From an uncultured Solirubrobacterales bacterium (GTDB lineage Bacteria; Actinomycetota; Thermoleophilia; Solirubrobacterales; Solirubrobacteraceae), in contig CAVSCQ010000021.1 in NCBI GenBank assembly GCA_963726465.1, positions 46,599 to 110,598 of the forward strand: DNA of 64,000 bases, given 5' to 3'. The position numbers and the translations under genes were made by a program. Below the pieces are notes generated by a model. It was given only the letters and a program-made list of their open reading frames with translations, was not told the origin of the DNA and did not search any database. Below are positions 9,827 through 19,566 of this stretch, piece by piece. Numbering within the stretch: the first letter of the stretch is position 1; the number at the start of each line of letters is the position of its first letter.

Positions 9827-11116
9827 ATGCCAACCTCAACAGACGTCTTTGCCAAGGTTCGCGGTCACGAGCGCGAACAGCTCCTGCGTGAGGCGCGCGA
9901 AGCCGACCTGATGCCCTACTTCCGTACGGTCGAGTCGCCCGCCATGCCGGTCGTGGAGATGGAGGGCGCACCGAGGATCATGCTTGCCTCCAACAACTAT
10001 CTCGGCCTGACCGGCGACGAGCGGGTCATGCAAGGCGCACGCGACGCGCTCGCTCGTTACGGGACCGGCCTCACCGGATCGAGGCTGCTCAACGGCACAA
10101 CTCCGTTGCACCTGGAGCTGGAGAGCGAGCTGGCCGAATGGATGGGCGCTGAGGACGCGCTCGTGTTTACGACCGGCCATCAGGCCAACGTGGGCACGCT
10201 TGGCACTCTCCTGGAGGCCAAGGACACGGTGGTGGTGGACTCCGCCGATCACGCTTCGATCCTCGATGGGGTCCTGCTCTCCAAGGCGAAGATGAGGCCC
10301 TTCAGGCACAACCGTATGGACAAGCTCGAGCGTGCCTTGCAGCGGGCGGAGAGCGACGGAGGCGGCGTGCTCGTAGTCGTCGACGGGGTCTTCTCGATGG
10401 AGGGCGACGTGGCGCCGCTCGTGGACATCGTCGAGCTGTGCCGGCGCTACGGAGCGCGCCTGATGGTCGACGAGGCGCACGGGGCCGGCGTGCTTGGCGC
10501 ACGCGGAGCAGGCGCCGCGGAGCTGCTCGGGGTGGAGGATCGGGTCGACCTGAGGATGGGCACCTTCTCCAAGTCGCTTGCCGCCTGTGGTGGTTTCGTG
10601 GTGGGACCGGCTGAGGTGATCGACTATCTGCGCATCTCCAGTCGCGCTTTCCTGTTCACGGCCTCGGCGGTGCCGGCCGCCCTGGGGGCAGCGCTGGCGG
10701 CGCTGCGCATCGTGCGCTCGTCCGAGGGTCCAGGCCTGCTTGAGCAGGTGCTCGAGAACGCGCGCTACTTGGCCGATGGCCTGCACTCGTTGGGCTACAA
10801 GACCCTCAAGGGCGAGCCGGTGCGACTCGGAGCAGCGCCGGACAGCCAGACGGCCACGGTGGCAACGCCGATCGTGCCGGTGCTCGTGGGCGACGATTGG
10901 AAGGCGGCCTTGCTCTGGCGTGCTCTCTATGACGCGGGCGTGTTCACCAACTGCGCGCTGCATCCTGCGGTGCCGCCAGGCGGGGCCCTGTTGCGCACCA
11001 GCGTGATGGCTACCCACGACCGTCCCACACTCGACCGCGCCTTGGCGGTGTTCGAGCTGGTCAAGTGTGAGTTCGAGGCTGAGCACGGCCCACTGCCCGG
11101 CCCCGACGACGACTGA
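9827..11116 (+). CDS. spt: PLP-dependent alpha-oxoamine synthase, probable serine palmitoyltransferase
   Basis: SNNYLGL, GSRLLNGT, DHASI, DGVFSMEGD, DEAH, GTFSKSLAACGG (SPT-type lysine motif); context with bCerS-like gene. Confidence 0.75.
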   Translation: MPTSTDVFAKVRGHEREQLLREAREADLMPYFRTVESPAMPVVEMEGAPRIMLASNNYLGLTGDERVMQGARDALARYGTGLTGSRLLNGTTPLHLELESELAEWMGAEDALVFTTGHQANVGTLGTLLEAKDTVVVDSADHASILDGVLLSKAKMRPFRHNRMDKLERALQRAESDGGGVLVVVDGVFSMEGDVAPLVDIVELCRRYGARLMVDEAHGAGVLGARGAGAAELLGVEDRVDLRMGTFSKSLAACGGFVVGPAEVIDYLRISSRAFLFTASAVPAALGAALAALRIVRSSEGPGLLEQVLENARYLADGLHSLGYKTLKGEPVRLGAAPDSQTATVATPIVPVLVGDDWKAALLWRALYDAGVFTNCALHPAVPPGGALLRTSVMATHDRPTLDRALAVFELVKCEFEAEHGPLPGPDDD

Positions 11117-11303
11117 GGGCCCGGGGAGTCGCTCGAGCCCTTGTGAGTGGCCAACCGCGCGGCCACCACCCGGCAGCGTCGCTCGAACGAGTGCTTCGAC
11201 TAGACGGAACGGTGTAAAGACGCTTAACGGCTTGTACACATCTTCACAAGTCAAAACGGTCACAAAAAAGCCCGCTTCTAGCGAACGTTTGAGCAGAACA
11301 CTG

Positions 11304-11332
11304 TTGACCGGATGGCCTTGGCTGGCTAGCTT
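11304..11332 (+). promoter_or_regulatory. Sigma70-type promoter
   Basis: TTGACC-17 bp-TAGCTT, about 185 bp upstream of the mIHF-like gene. Confidence 0.6.
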
Positions 11333-11516
11333 CTCAGGACGCAAAGCATGACCGTCTGAAGCTCACCCACAGGCCGCCGGTAGAGGGGTGCCGAAGGCTT
11401 TCGCGACAGCTCGCGAGGGAAGCCGAAGACTGTCGAGCCGACGCGCTACTCGTCAACCAGCCAAGCTTGTTGCACGCCCCGGGAATACCCGCGGCGGCGA
11501 CGGGGAGTGAGCACAC

Positions 11517-11918
11517 ATGAACGCGACAGCGACTATTGCCCCTGCCGGCCCTCAGCACATGCGCGCCCTGGAACGCGCCAATCAGGTGCGCCTTGCCCGC
11601 GCCGAACTAAAGCGACGGATCGCCGGCGGCGAGATAGGTGTCGCCGAGGTAATCCTTGACTGCCCTTGGGAGGCCGACAGCATGGCCGTCGCAGACCTCT
11701 TGATGAGCCAGCGCCGCTGGGGTCAGACGCGCTGCCGCAAGTTCCTTGCCCAGATCCCCATGTCCGAGCAGAAGACGGTCGGCTCGATGACCGAGCGCCA
11801 GCGACGCACCCTCGCCGCCATGCTGAGCGCTACAGGGGCCGAGAGGATGCCGAGCCCGTGGGTAACGGCACGGCGTATGCGTCCTGGCGCAGCTACGGGC
11901 AGCCAGATGACAGCTTGA
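11517..11918 (+). CDS. Actinobacterial IHF (mIHF)-like nucleoid protein
   Basis: ALERANQVRLARAELKRRI...MAVADLL...RWGQTR...VGSMTERQRRTL resembles the MihF H2TH fold. Confidence 0.75.
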   Translation: MNATATIAPAGPQHMRALERANQVRLARAELKRRIAGGEIGVAEVILDCPWEADSMAVADLLMSQRRWGQTRCRKFLAQIPMSEQKTVGSMTERQRRTLAAMLSATGAERMPSPWVTARRMRPGAATGSQMTA

Positions 11919-12375
11919 CCTGCCACCAACCGGCGAGCATCCCAATCAAGCCGAGGCGCGGTCGCACTTCCCACACGCCGCAATGCCCGTCGCCCAAGTC
12001 GGCGACGGGAACGCGCACGAACTTGTAGTGACCCGGTTCGAGCTTCATCCTTCGCAACAGCTCACGTGAGCGAAGCTCCAGTGCAGTCCGCTCTCGAACT
12101 TCGACTTGGACTACGCCTACACGCAGCGCAAGCCGGTCGCGCACCCGCTCCAAGTCGCCCAGCGAGAGCAGGCGCGGCCCGCTGAAAAGCTCGGCTTCGT
12201 GGTCACTCGGCGAGATGTGCGGAAAGGTGTGAGCCACGAACCCTGAGAGCTCGCGCTCAAGCTTGGCGATCTGGCCCTTGAGCGCCTCGCGCGCGGCGCG
12301 CTCCTCGCCGAAGCGAGTATCCGGCCGGCGATCCTGGCTGTAGCGATCGACGACGAGCTGCTCGGTTTGGGCCAT
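11893..12375 (-). CDS. Hypothetical protein
   Basis: Coiled-coil N-terminus, C-terminal GWWQVKLSSGCP; GGAGG RBS upstream. Confidence 0.65.
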   Translation of the reverse strand: MAQTEQLVVDRYSQDRRPDTRFGEERAAREALKGQIAKLERELSGFVAHTFPHISPSDHEAELFSGPRLLSLGDLERVRDRLALRVGVVQVEVRERTALELRSRELLRRMKLEPGHYKFVRVPVADLGDGHCGVWEVRPRLGLIGMLAGWWQVKLSSGCP

Positions 12376-12485
12376 CCTCTGCTCCTCCCGCTTGACCAAC
12401 CCGATCTTAGCTGGCCAAGGGGCCGCGGTAAAGGCCATCTCCGCGCTTGGCGTGGTTGGATCCCCGGCGAAGCTCCCGAGACGTC

Positions 12486-13151
12486 TCAGGCGTTGGCCTC
12501 GGTCAGCGCCATATGGCACGCCCACAGAGTCTCTTCGGCATGTAGGGCGGGCACGCCGGCCACCTGCACCGCGAACAAGATCAAGCGCTGCGTGTTCGCC
12601 GACGGCTCGTGACCGGGACCCAACTGGCCGAAGAGGATGGCAAGGGGACAGTCGGCGTCGGCGACCACAAGCCTGCCGGCGCCAAGACTTGGGCCTTCCG
12701 AGCTTCGGCCGAGTCTCTCCTTGGATCGGCTCACCCGGATCCCCAGCGGACCATTGACATGGTTTGCGTCAAACGCCCACACCGGTACCGCGGTATCGAT
12801 CAGCGCGATCGTGAGGACGTCCGCGAGTAATCCTTCCGAGAGGAACCCCCCATCGAGCATCCGTTCCAATACGGCCGCCTCGATCGGTGTTCTAGCGATG
12901 TCCGGGTCGAGGCCTATCTGACGAAAGAAGACCCGGTAGGCGGCGGGGATCGGCTCTTGGCGGACGTTGACCGCCCGCGCTCCACGCCAACGATTGGAAA
13001 GTTCGCGCAGACGCGCTCGCACGGCCGGCGACGAGCCACGCGTCAGGGAGCCCCCATCGGGGAGCTCGACCGTGACCGACATCAAGCCGAGACCGGGCAG
13101 CTCCTGCTGGACCTCGCGGTCGCACCAGCCGCGAACAGGCTCCTCGCTCAT
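12486..13151 (-). CDS. Stand-alone B3/4 (PheRS beta editing-like) domain protein
   Basis: AYRVFFRQIGLDPDIARTPIEA, PVWAFDA, LVVAD. Confidence 0.75.
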   Translation of the reverse strand: MSEEPVRGWCDREVQQELPGLGLMSVTVELPDGGSLTRGSSPAVRARLRELSNRWRGARAVNVRQEPIPAAYRVFFRQIGLDPDIARTPIEAAVLERMLDGGFLSEGLLADVLTIALIDTAVPVWAFDANHVNGPLGIRVSRSKERLGRSSEGPSLGAGRLVVADADCPLAILFGQLGPGHEPSANTQRLILFAVQVAGVPALHAEETLWACHMALTEANA

Positions 13152-13220
13152 ACTGGCACTCTCACAGTGGGGCTCCCAGCCGGCGCGGGAGCTCGCCTCG
13201 GTGGGACAGGGCCTTGCCAC

Positions 13221-14027
13221 TCATGTGCGACTTGGTCTCCAACCGCGGGCACGCGAGGCGGCCACAAGTTTCTGCACACGTGCGCGCAAGGTGGCAAGCG
13301 AAGGGGTGTCCACAAACGAGGGACTCTGCACGATGCCACCTGGATATACAAACGTGACCTGGGGACAGCTAACCATCGCATAGAGCTGGCCCAAACGGCC
13401 TTCGGCATCGACGCCGACCGGAAAGGTCAAGCGCTTGGCACGCACCAGACTCGCTGTGGATGAGACACCGTCTTTGACGCCTACCGCAGCGAAGCCGACC
13501 TGGGGAAACTCGGAAGCCAGCTGCTGCATCTCGGTGAGGACTGCGGCACACGAGCCGGCTTGGAAGAACAGCGCGAGCACCACAGGCCCACGTTCGTAGA
13601 GCTGACAGATATTGAGGATTCCCGGACCGCGCTCCTGACAGGCCGCCACCCTCCCCGCCAAGCCATCGTTGGCATGCGTCGCAATGTCTACTTCGCCCGC
13701 CGGCCCTCCTATTGCATATGGAGCGGCGAACGGGGGGACACGAATGCCGGGCCGAATGGCGGTGGTGCCTTTGTGCGAACTCAACGCCACATGCACGGTG
13801 AACGCGATCAAAAGGATTGCCGCGAGGATCACCACGTAAACGCCGTAGCGCGTACCGGCGACTCCACGGTCAGGCGTGCCTCCCATTCCAGCAACCACGC
13901 CTCCTCCTCGACCGCCCACGCCTCCCTCTGGGCGACGCGCTTTACTCTCGCGCCGGGGATGGTCGGGCTCGCCAGGCCCGGAGGAGCCGTCATCGGTTGG
14001 AGATTCCGGCGAGCCGGAGCGGGTCAT
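13221..14027 (-). CDS. Membrane-anchored thioredoxin-fold (redoxin-like) protein
   Basis: TM helix, PPFAAP, GPVVLALF, FPVGVD, SCPQVTF; ATGA overlap with MMPL stop. Confidence 0.6.
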   Translation of the reverse strand: MTRSGSPESPTDDGSSGPGEPDHPRRESKARRPEGGVGGRGGGVVAGMGGTPDRGVAGTRYGVYVVILAAILLIAFTVHVALSSHKGTTAIRPGIRVPPFAAPYAIGGPAGEVDIATHANDGLAGRVAACQERGPGILNICQLYERGPVVLALFFQAGSCAAVLTEMQQLASEFPQVGFAAVGVKDGVSSTASLVRAKRLTFPVGVDAEGRLGQLYAMVSCPQVTFVYPGGIVQSPSFVDTPSLATLRARVQKLVAASRARGWRPSRT

Positions 14028-16735
14028 GGCGCGGTTAGCCCTCGCCGCCTGGCTCGCCAAGCGGGCACGACTTGCGTGAGCGAGCGCACGCCGCCTCGAA
14101 TATGCTCGCCGACAGATCGCGGACCCTCCGCGATCACGACCGCCGCGGGCAAGGCGACGAGCACCCCGATCAAGGACACGGATAGGTCCACGAGCGTGAC
14201 GAAGCCGAAGTTGCGTAGCATCGCGATGTCCGACAGGGTGAGGACCCCGAAGCCGGCGATTGCGGTCACCCCCGAAGCGGCGATCGCGGCACCCGTGTGA
14301 CTGTAGGCGCGCCGCAAAGCTTGCACCGTGTTGTGACCCGCGGCCCGCTCTTGGAGTTGGCGCTCGGAGAGCAGCACGCTGAACTCGGTGGAGATGGCGA
14401 TCACCAAGGCGCCTAGCGTGACCGACATCGGGTTGAGCGGGATACGCAACGCGAACAACACCAAGGCCGACCAACCGGTGGCCAGCACGATCGGAGTGAA
14501 AGGCACCAAGGCCCGACGACGGTTGCCTCTGAAGGCGATCAAGAGAATGATCGCCACGACCGCCAAAGCCACGAGTAGGGTGAGCACCCGCCGCCAAGGA
14601 GAAGCTATCTGGGCACCGGCTTGGGCCGCTAGGACCGACAGACCGACAAGATGAGCGCTTACACCTGCCGGCGGGTGCAAGTCGGAGCGCATTCCTTCGA
14701 TCACCTGCTGTTGCTGCTGCAGTGGCATCGAGCGGATGCCGAAGGCGAGCGTGGCTGACCGGCGATCGGAGCTAATCACGTCTTGTGAGAAGTACGTGGG
14801 AATCGCCGCGAGCACGCCGCGAACCCGCTTTTCGCTCAGCTTGGAGGAGGCGCCTTCTTCGGCCGGAAACAGGTCGGGCAACGAGAAGGCGGGGCACAGC
14901 TGCGCGTGTCCACAGCCTTTGTCCTGGCTGTAGCCGAAGCGCGTGAGGATGGCGCTCTCGTATTTGCTCATCCATTCGACAGTGGCGGCCTTGGTTAGGG
15001 CGCTGGAATCGACCATCAAATCGATCTCGCCCCCCACTCCTGTCGCTCGTTCGAGCGCGCTCAGGTTGTGTAGGGACGACAGGCTCTGGGGAGCAAGCTT
15101 GGCGATGTCGGTTTGCACCTGCGTCTGGGTGTCCAAGCCCCAACCGAGCGCGGCGAGGACCAGCCCGACCCCGAGCACACGGCCGGGACGCCGTACCGAG
15201 TAAACGAGCGCCGAGCGCGACACGAAGCGGGTCGCCGGATTATCAGTGAGCAGATCGCGGGCGCCCTGCCACGCCGCGGAGAGCCGCTGTGCCGGGCGCC
15301 CGAAGGCCATCCCCCCACGCGCGCGTAGGGCACCGCTGCGTCCAACACCCGATCCCCTCCCCGCAAGCACCAGGACCGCCGAGCCGGCCGTGAGCGCGCA
15401 TAGGAAGGCGAGCGCGACCCCCAAGACGAGTAGCAACCCGAAACCGCGCACCATCGGTACCGGCGAGAGCATCAGCACGAGCAGGCCACCGATGCTGGCA
15501 AGCGCCGCCGTGGCGATCGTGGGCGCGCCCCGGGAGGCAGCCTCCCGCACTGCATCGAGCACGCTGAGAGCGCCCGCCTCGCGGGCCTCCTCCACGCGCG
15601 ACTGGAACTGGATCGCGTAATCAACCGACAGGCCGACAAGCACCGGTAGGACAGCAACAGAGGCCATCGTGAGCGAAGCTCCCGAGAGCGCCAGGGCACC
15701 GAACGTGAGCGCCGCCGCTAGCAGAGCGATCCCCAACGGCAGAAGGCGCGGGCGCCCCTTGAAAATCAAGCTCAAGACAAAACCCATGACCAACAGCACC
15801 GCGAGGAGCAACAGCTCGATGGAGCTAGTGATCGAGTGCGTGAGGTCGCTCACGATGACCGGCTCGCCGGTGACTAGATAGGACTCGCCATTGGCGAGGT
15901 GCCACTGACTCATCGCGGTGGCCTGGCGAATCAAGGCGATCGTATGCGAACGCTGCGCTTCTGAGAGTCCGGCCTTCAAACGCACCGTGACCAATGCGGC
16001 GTCACGACTTGGAAAGAGGTAGGCGAAGCGCTGCTTGGGTGTGCCCGATGGCCTACTCGGATCGAATACGACTTTCGAGACGAATTCGTGATCGTCCAGA
16101 CTGGGGGCACTTTTCAGGCCGTAGCGGATCGCCAAGGCGCTTATTTCCGCGGCGAAGCCAGCCATTGTGGCCTTACGCGCCTGTTCTCCAAGCGACGTGG
16201 CTTCTTGGGCGCTCAGTCCGCGTGCGAGCGCTTTGCTATGGACAGCGCTCTGGGCCTGCTTGGCCTCGGCTTCGGCCTGTTTGCCGCGCACTCCGAGCAG
16301 ACTGACTGCTTGGAGTGCGGCCTCGTTGAGGAACGTACCTGGCCCGAACACGACCTTGACCTCTTTGTCCCGCGTGAGCTGACCACACGGACCGTTCGTT
16401 CCTCCCTCCTCGGCGAGCGCCGCTTTGGGCAGGTTGCCTGACAGGCATCCCTCCAAGCCGACCAGGCGATCGATGTCGGGACTGAGCACGAGCTTGCGCA
16501 GATCCCCGGCGACCAAAACCTCGACAGGCTCTTCGCCGAAGCGGGCGTAGAAGCGCTGGGTTTCCTTATAGGTAGAGCTGGAGCGCCCCACCAACGTGTC
16601 GGTGGCCGCGGTCGGCCGCAGTCCCAAGGCCGCGATCGCACACCCCACCCCGAGCACACCAAGTAGGGCGATCGTGAGCAGCGGTCGACGTCCCGCGCGC
16701 ACGGCCAAACTCGAGAAAACTCTCCCCACAGTCAC
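14024..16735 (-). CDS. MMPL/RND-family transporter
   Basis: 903 aa, two TM halves, GLSVDYAIQF, AISTEFSVLL. Confidence 0.85.
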   Translation of the reverse strand: MTVGRVFSSLAVRAGRRPLLTIALLGVLGVGCAIAALGLRPTAATDTLVGRSSSTYKETQRFYARFGEEPVEVLVAGDLRKLVLSPDIDRLVGLEGCLSGNLPKAALAEEGGTNGPCGQLTRDKEVKVVFGPGTFLNEAALQAVSLLGVRGKQAEAEAKQAQSAVHSKALARGLSAQEATSLGEQARKATMAGFAAEISALAIRYGLKSAPSLDDHEFVSKVVFDPSRPSGTPKQRFAYLFPSRDAALVTVRLKAGLSEAQRSHTIALIRQATAMSQWHLANGESYLVTGEPVIVSDLTHSITSSIELLLLAVLLVMGFVLSLIFKGRPRLLPLGIALLAAALTFGALALSGASLTMASVAVLPVLVGLSVDYAIQFQSRVEEAREAGALSVLDAVREAASRGAPTIATAALASIGGLLVLMLSPVPMVRGFGLLLVLGVALAFLCALTAGSAVLVLAGRGSGVGRSGALRARGGMAFGRPAQRLSAAWQGARDLLTDNPATRFVSRSALVYSVRRPGRVLGVGLVLAALGWGLDTQTQVQTDIAKLAPQSLSSLHNLSALERATGVGGEIDLMVDSSALTKAATVEWMSKYESAILTRFGYSQDKGCGHAQLCPAFSLPDLFPAEEGASSKLSEKRVRGVLAAIPTYFSQDVISSDRRSATLAFGIRSMPLQQQQQVIEGMRSDLHPPAGVSAHLVGLSVLAAQAGAQIASPWRRVLTLLVALAVVAIILLIAFRGNRRRALVPFTPIVLATGWSALVLFALRIPLNPMSVTLGALVIAISTEFSVLLSERQLQERAAGHNTVQALRRAYSHTGAAIAASGVTAIAGFGVLTLSDIAMLRNFGFVTLVDLSVSLIGVLVALPAAVVIAEGPRSVGEHIRGGVRSLTQVVPAWRARRRGLTAP

Positions 16736-16768
16736 ATCAAGAGGCTAGTCAACAATCTCTGAGTCGCG

Positions 16769-16872
16769 CCAGGCGGCTGCATCGTCGTTCCTGGCAAGGA
16801 CGCACCGACCGTAGTGTGCTCGGCACATGAGGGAGGGAGGACGCAGCCAGGGGCGACGAGGCAGCCGCCTGG
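16769..16872 (-). repeat. Structured dispersed repeat (REP-like), copy 1
   Basis: 62-bp core 16790-16851 is 57/62 identical (reverse complement) to 22651-22712; outer stem CCAGGCGGCTGC/GCAGCCGCCTGG. Confidence 0.85.
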
Positions 16873-16873
16873 G

Positions 16874-17716
16874 TTACTCCATCCCAAGAGGGCCTTGAGA
16901 CTCGCCGGAGAGGAACTGGCGAACGAAGGGGTTTTCAGAATCGAACAGCTCGGCGGCCGGCCCGGACTCAACGATGCGCCCACGCCACAGGACCGAAATG
17001 TGCTCGGCGACGCGGCGGGCCGACATGATGTCGTGGGTGATGACGACGTAGGTGCCACCGTTCTCTTCGTGGACCTCTTTGATCAATTCGCATAGCAAGG
17101 CGGTGCGCACGGGGTCAAGGCCTGAGTCGGGCTCGTCGAACAGCACGATCTCTGGATCGAGCACCAGCGAGCGGGCGAAGCCGGCGCGCTTGCGCATGCC
17201 GCCGGATAGCTCGTTGGGCATCTTCTCGCCGGCGTTTCCGAGGCCGACCTCGCGCATGCGCGAGTTGACGATCTCAGCGATCTCCTCATCGCCCTTCTCG
17301 GTGTGCTGACGCAGGGGAAAGGCGATGTTGTCGTACAGGTTCATTGAACCGAAGAGGGCTCCATCTTGAAAGAGAACGCCGAACTTCTTGCGGATCTCGA
17401 ACAGCTCGGCGTCGGGCAGGCTGGGGATTGAGCGGCCCTGCACGATCACGTCACCCTCGTCGGGATAGAGCAGACCGACGATGTGCTTGATGCAGACCGA
17501 CTTGCCGGTGCCGGACGGCCCGAGGATCATCGAGATCTGGCCCTCGGGCAGACCCATGTTGAGACCTTGCAGGACGTGGTTGGAGCCGAAGGACTTGTGG
17601 ACGCCAACGAACTCGATCGCGTCGGGCTTGCCCGTGGGGCGATCCGCCCCAGTGTGAAACTCGAACTCGGAGTCCTTCCCCTCTGGGCGGTCTTTCGAGA
17701 CGTCGGGGGTAGACAC
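16874..17716 (-). CDS. MlaF/MceG-type ABC ATPase
   Basis: GPSGTGKS, FQDGALF, LSGGMRKRAGFAR, DEPDSGLDP. Confidence 0.92.
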   Translation of the reverse strand: MSTPDVSKDRPEGKDSEFEFHTGADRPTGKPDAIEFVGVHKSFGSNHVLQGLNMGLPEGQISMILGPSGTGKSVCIKHIVGLLYPDEGDVIVQGRSIPSLPDAELFEIRKKFGVLFQDGALFGSMNLYDNIAFPLRQHTEKGDEEIAEIVNSRMREVGLGNAGEKMPNELSGGMRKRAGFARSLVLDPEIVLFDEPDSGLDPVRTALLCELIKEVHEENGGTYVVITHDIMSARRVAEHISVLWRGRIVESGPAAELFDSENPFVRQFLSGESQGPLGME

Positions 17717-17717
17717 C

Positions 17718-18515
17718 TCAGCCTCCGATCGGGGCTTTCGGGTTGGCCCCCCAGAAGACCTGGGTGCCGAGCATCCCGATCAAGTGGACCAAGATTATGT
17801 TCAATACCATGGACTTGGCTGTGGCTGTGCCCACGCCGACAGGCCCACCACTGGCGTTGTAGCCGTAGTAACAGCCCACCAGCACGATCGCGGTGGCCAT
17901 GAACATGGCCTTGATCAGGCTGTAGAGGAAATCGGGTGGGTTCTGGAACTGCCAGAAGATCAAGAGGTAGCCACCGGCGGAGACCGTGGCCACCTGCTGG
18001 ACAACGGCGATGTAGGAGGCCAGGAAGGCCGCGCCAACGCCCGCTAGGTACATGAATGGGAGCACAACCCAAGCGGCCAGAAGGCGTGTGGCGCACAGGA
18101 AGGTCATCGAGTTGATGCCCATGACCTCGAGCGCGTCGATCTCGTCGGAGATGCGCATCGCGCCGAGCTCGGCAACGATCCCGGTGCCGACCTTGGCGGC
18201 CATCATGTAGCCGAAGGCGTAAGGAATGATCTCGCGCAGGTCGCACCACGCGGTGAACACGCCCGCATATGCGGGTGCGCCCTGGGCCTCGAGGAAGTAG
18301 GCGCCCTCGATGCCGCACTCGAGACCCAGCACGAACATGAGCGCCCAGATGATCAAGGTCGAAGAGACGATCAGGATGCCCGCTTGGCGCAAGGACTCGC
18401 CGAAGAAGCGAAAGACGCGCAGGCCCCAGACGTCGCGGATCATGTTGCCGGCGAAGCGACCGAACTCGCCGGTCGAAGCCAGCAGTTCGCGCGGCGTGAC
18501 GAGTAGTTCGTTCAT
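17718..18515 (-). CDS. MlaE/YrbE-family permease
   Basis: AELGAMRISDEIDALEVMG, GGPVGVGTAT. Confidence 0.92.
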   Translation of the reverse strand: MNELLVTPRELLASTGEFGRFAGNMIRDVWGLRVFRFFGESLRQAGILIVSSTLIIWALMFVLGLECGIEGAYFLEAQGAPAYAGVFTAWCDLREIIPYAFGYMMAAKVGTGIVAELGAMRISDEIDALEVMGINSMTFLCATRLLAAWVVLPFMYLAGVGAAFLASYIAVVQQVATVSAGGYLLIFWQFQNPPDFLYSLIKAMFMATAIVLVGCYYGYNASGGPVGVGTATAKSMVLNIILVHLIGMLGTQVFWGANPKAPIGG

Positions 18516-19321
18516 TACTTGATCACGAGGATGTTCGGGTGCGTCGCGAGCAAGAGCTGCGTGTAGGCGTAGTCGAAGGCGAAGATCGCGAGGAAGGTGA
18601 CGACAACGGCCTGGTTGACCGCGCGTCCGACACCCTCGGCGCCGCCGGAGGCGGTCATGCCCTTGTAGCAGCAGACGATCGCGATGATGGCACCGAAGAT
18701 GGTGGTCTTCAGAGCCGAGCCCCATAGGTCGGTGGTGGAGGCGTTAGCGAACAGGGTGTCCCAGAAAGGGCCGAGCGGCTGGCCGTTGACAAGCTCGGCA
18801 AGCACGCCGCCGAACAGGCCGAACAGGATCGCGTAAACGTTGAACAAGCCTGTTACGAGCATGAGTGCGAGAAAGCGCGGGACGACAAGGTTCTTGACGG
18901 GATCGACACCCAGTACCTGCAGGGCGTCGAGCTCCTCGCGGATCTTGCGCGCGCCCAAATCGGCGGTGATCGCAGTGCCGGCCACACCGGCCAGGACGAT
19001 CGCCGTCACGTTGGGCCCGATCTCGCGGATCGCGGCGAGTACGAAGATGCCACCGAGACGATCCAAAGCGCCAAACAAGGTCAGGAAGTTGGCCGCCTGC
19101 AAGCCCGGTGCGGCGTAGCAGATGGCCACCGTGGAGATCAGCAGCGGAAACCAGCACAGGCGCAAGGCGAACAGGAACTGTGAGACGAACTCCCCGCCGT
19201 ACGGATAGGGCGGGCGCAGGGCAGAGAGGATGGTCCTGCCGGTCAGGATCATCATGTCCCCTATTTCCTCAAGCAGGTTCCTTGTCGGTAGGAAAGCCCG
19301 CTCGGCTGCACTGCGCACCAT
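18515..19321 (-). CDS. MlaE/YrbE-family permease
   Basis: ADLGARKIREELDALQVLGVDP, GGAEGVGRAVN. Confidence 0.92.
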   Translation of the reverse strand: MVRSAAERAFLPTRNLLEEIGDMMILTGRTILSALRPPYPYGGEFVSQFLFALRLCWFPLLISTVAICYAAPGLQAANFLTLFGALDRLGGIFVLAAIREIGPNVTAIVLAGVAGTAITADLGARKIREELDALQVLGVDPVKNLVVPRFLALMLVTGLFNVYAILFGLFGGVLAELVNGQPLGPFWDTLFANASTTDLWGSALKTTIFGAIIAIVCCYKGMTASGGAEGVGRAVNQAVVVTFLAIFAFDYAYTQLLLATHPNILVIK

Positions 19322-19566
19322 CTCAACCCCTCCTCGGGGACGGCCCCAAGCTTAGGGACCGATCATAACCGCGCCTCCAAACTGTACTGACCCTACCTCC
19401 AACTTCGACCCAACCACCTTGAGGCGTTTCCCACTCTATGCCATCTGGGGCCCGAACGCCACGGATACCCCGACCGAAATGCCACCGCTGGAGCGGGCCG
19501 GGGAGCAGCCGTCGGTGAAAGCGGCGCCACCAGGCCAGTGCCCAGAGCGCCACCGGCACTGGTATC

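Noticed and set aside
9827-11116. bioF or kbl assignment
   Set aside because: The GTFSKS motif and bCerS-like neighbour favour Spt; no bio or tdh genes nearby. Not fully excluded.
11337-11395. Canonical c-di-GMP-I riboswitch
   Set aside because: The GGCAAAC...GAAA 5' half is absent; kept only as an unclassified leader.
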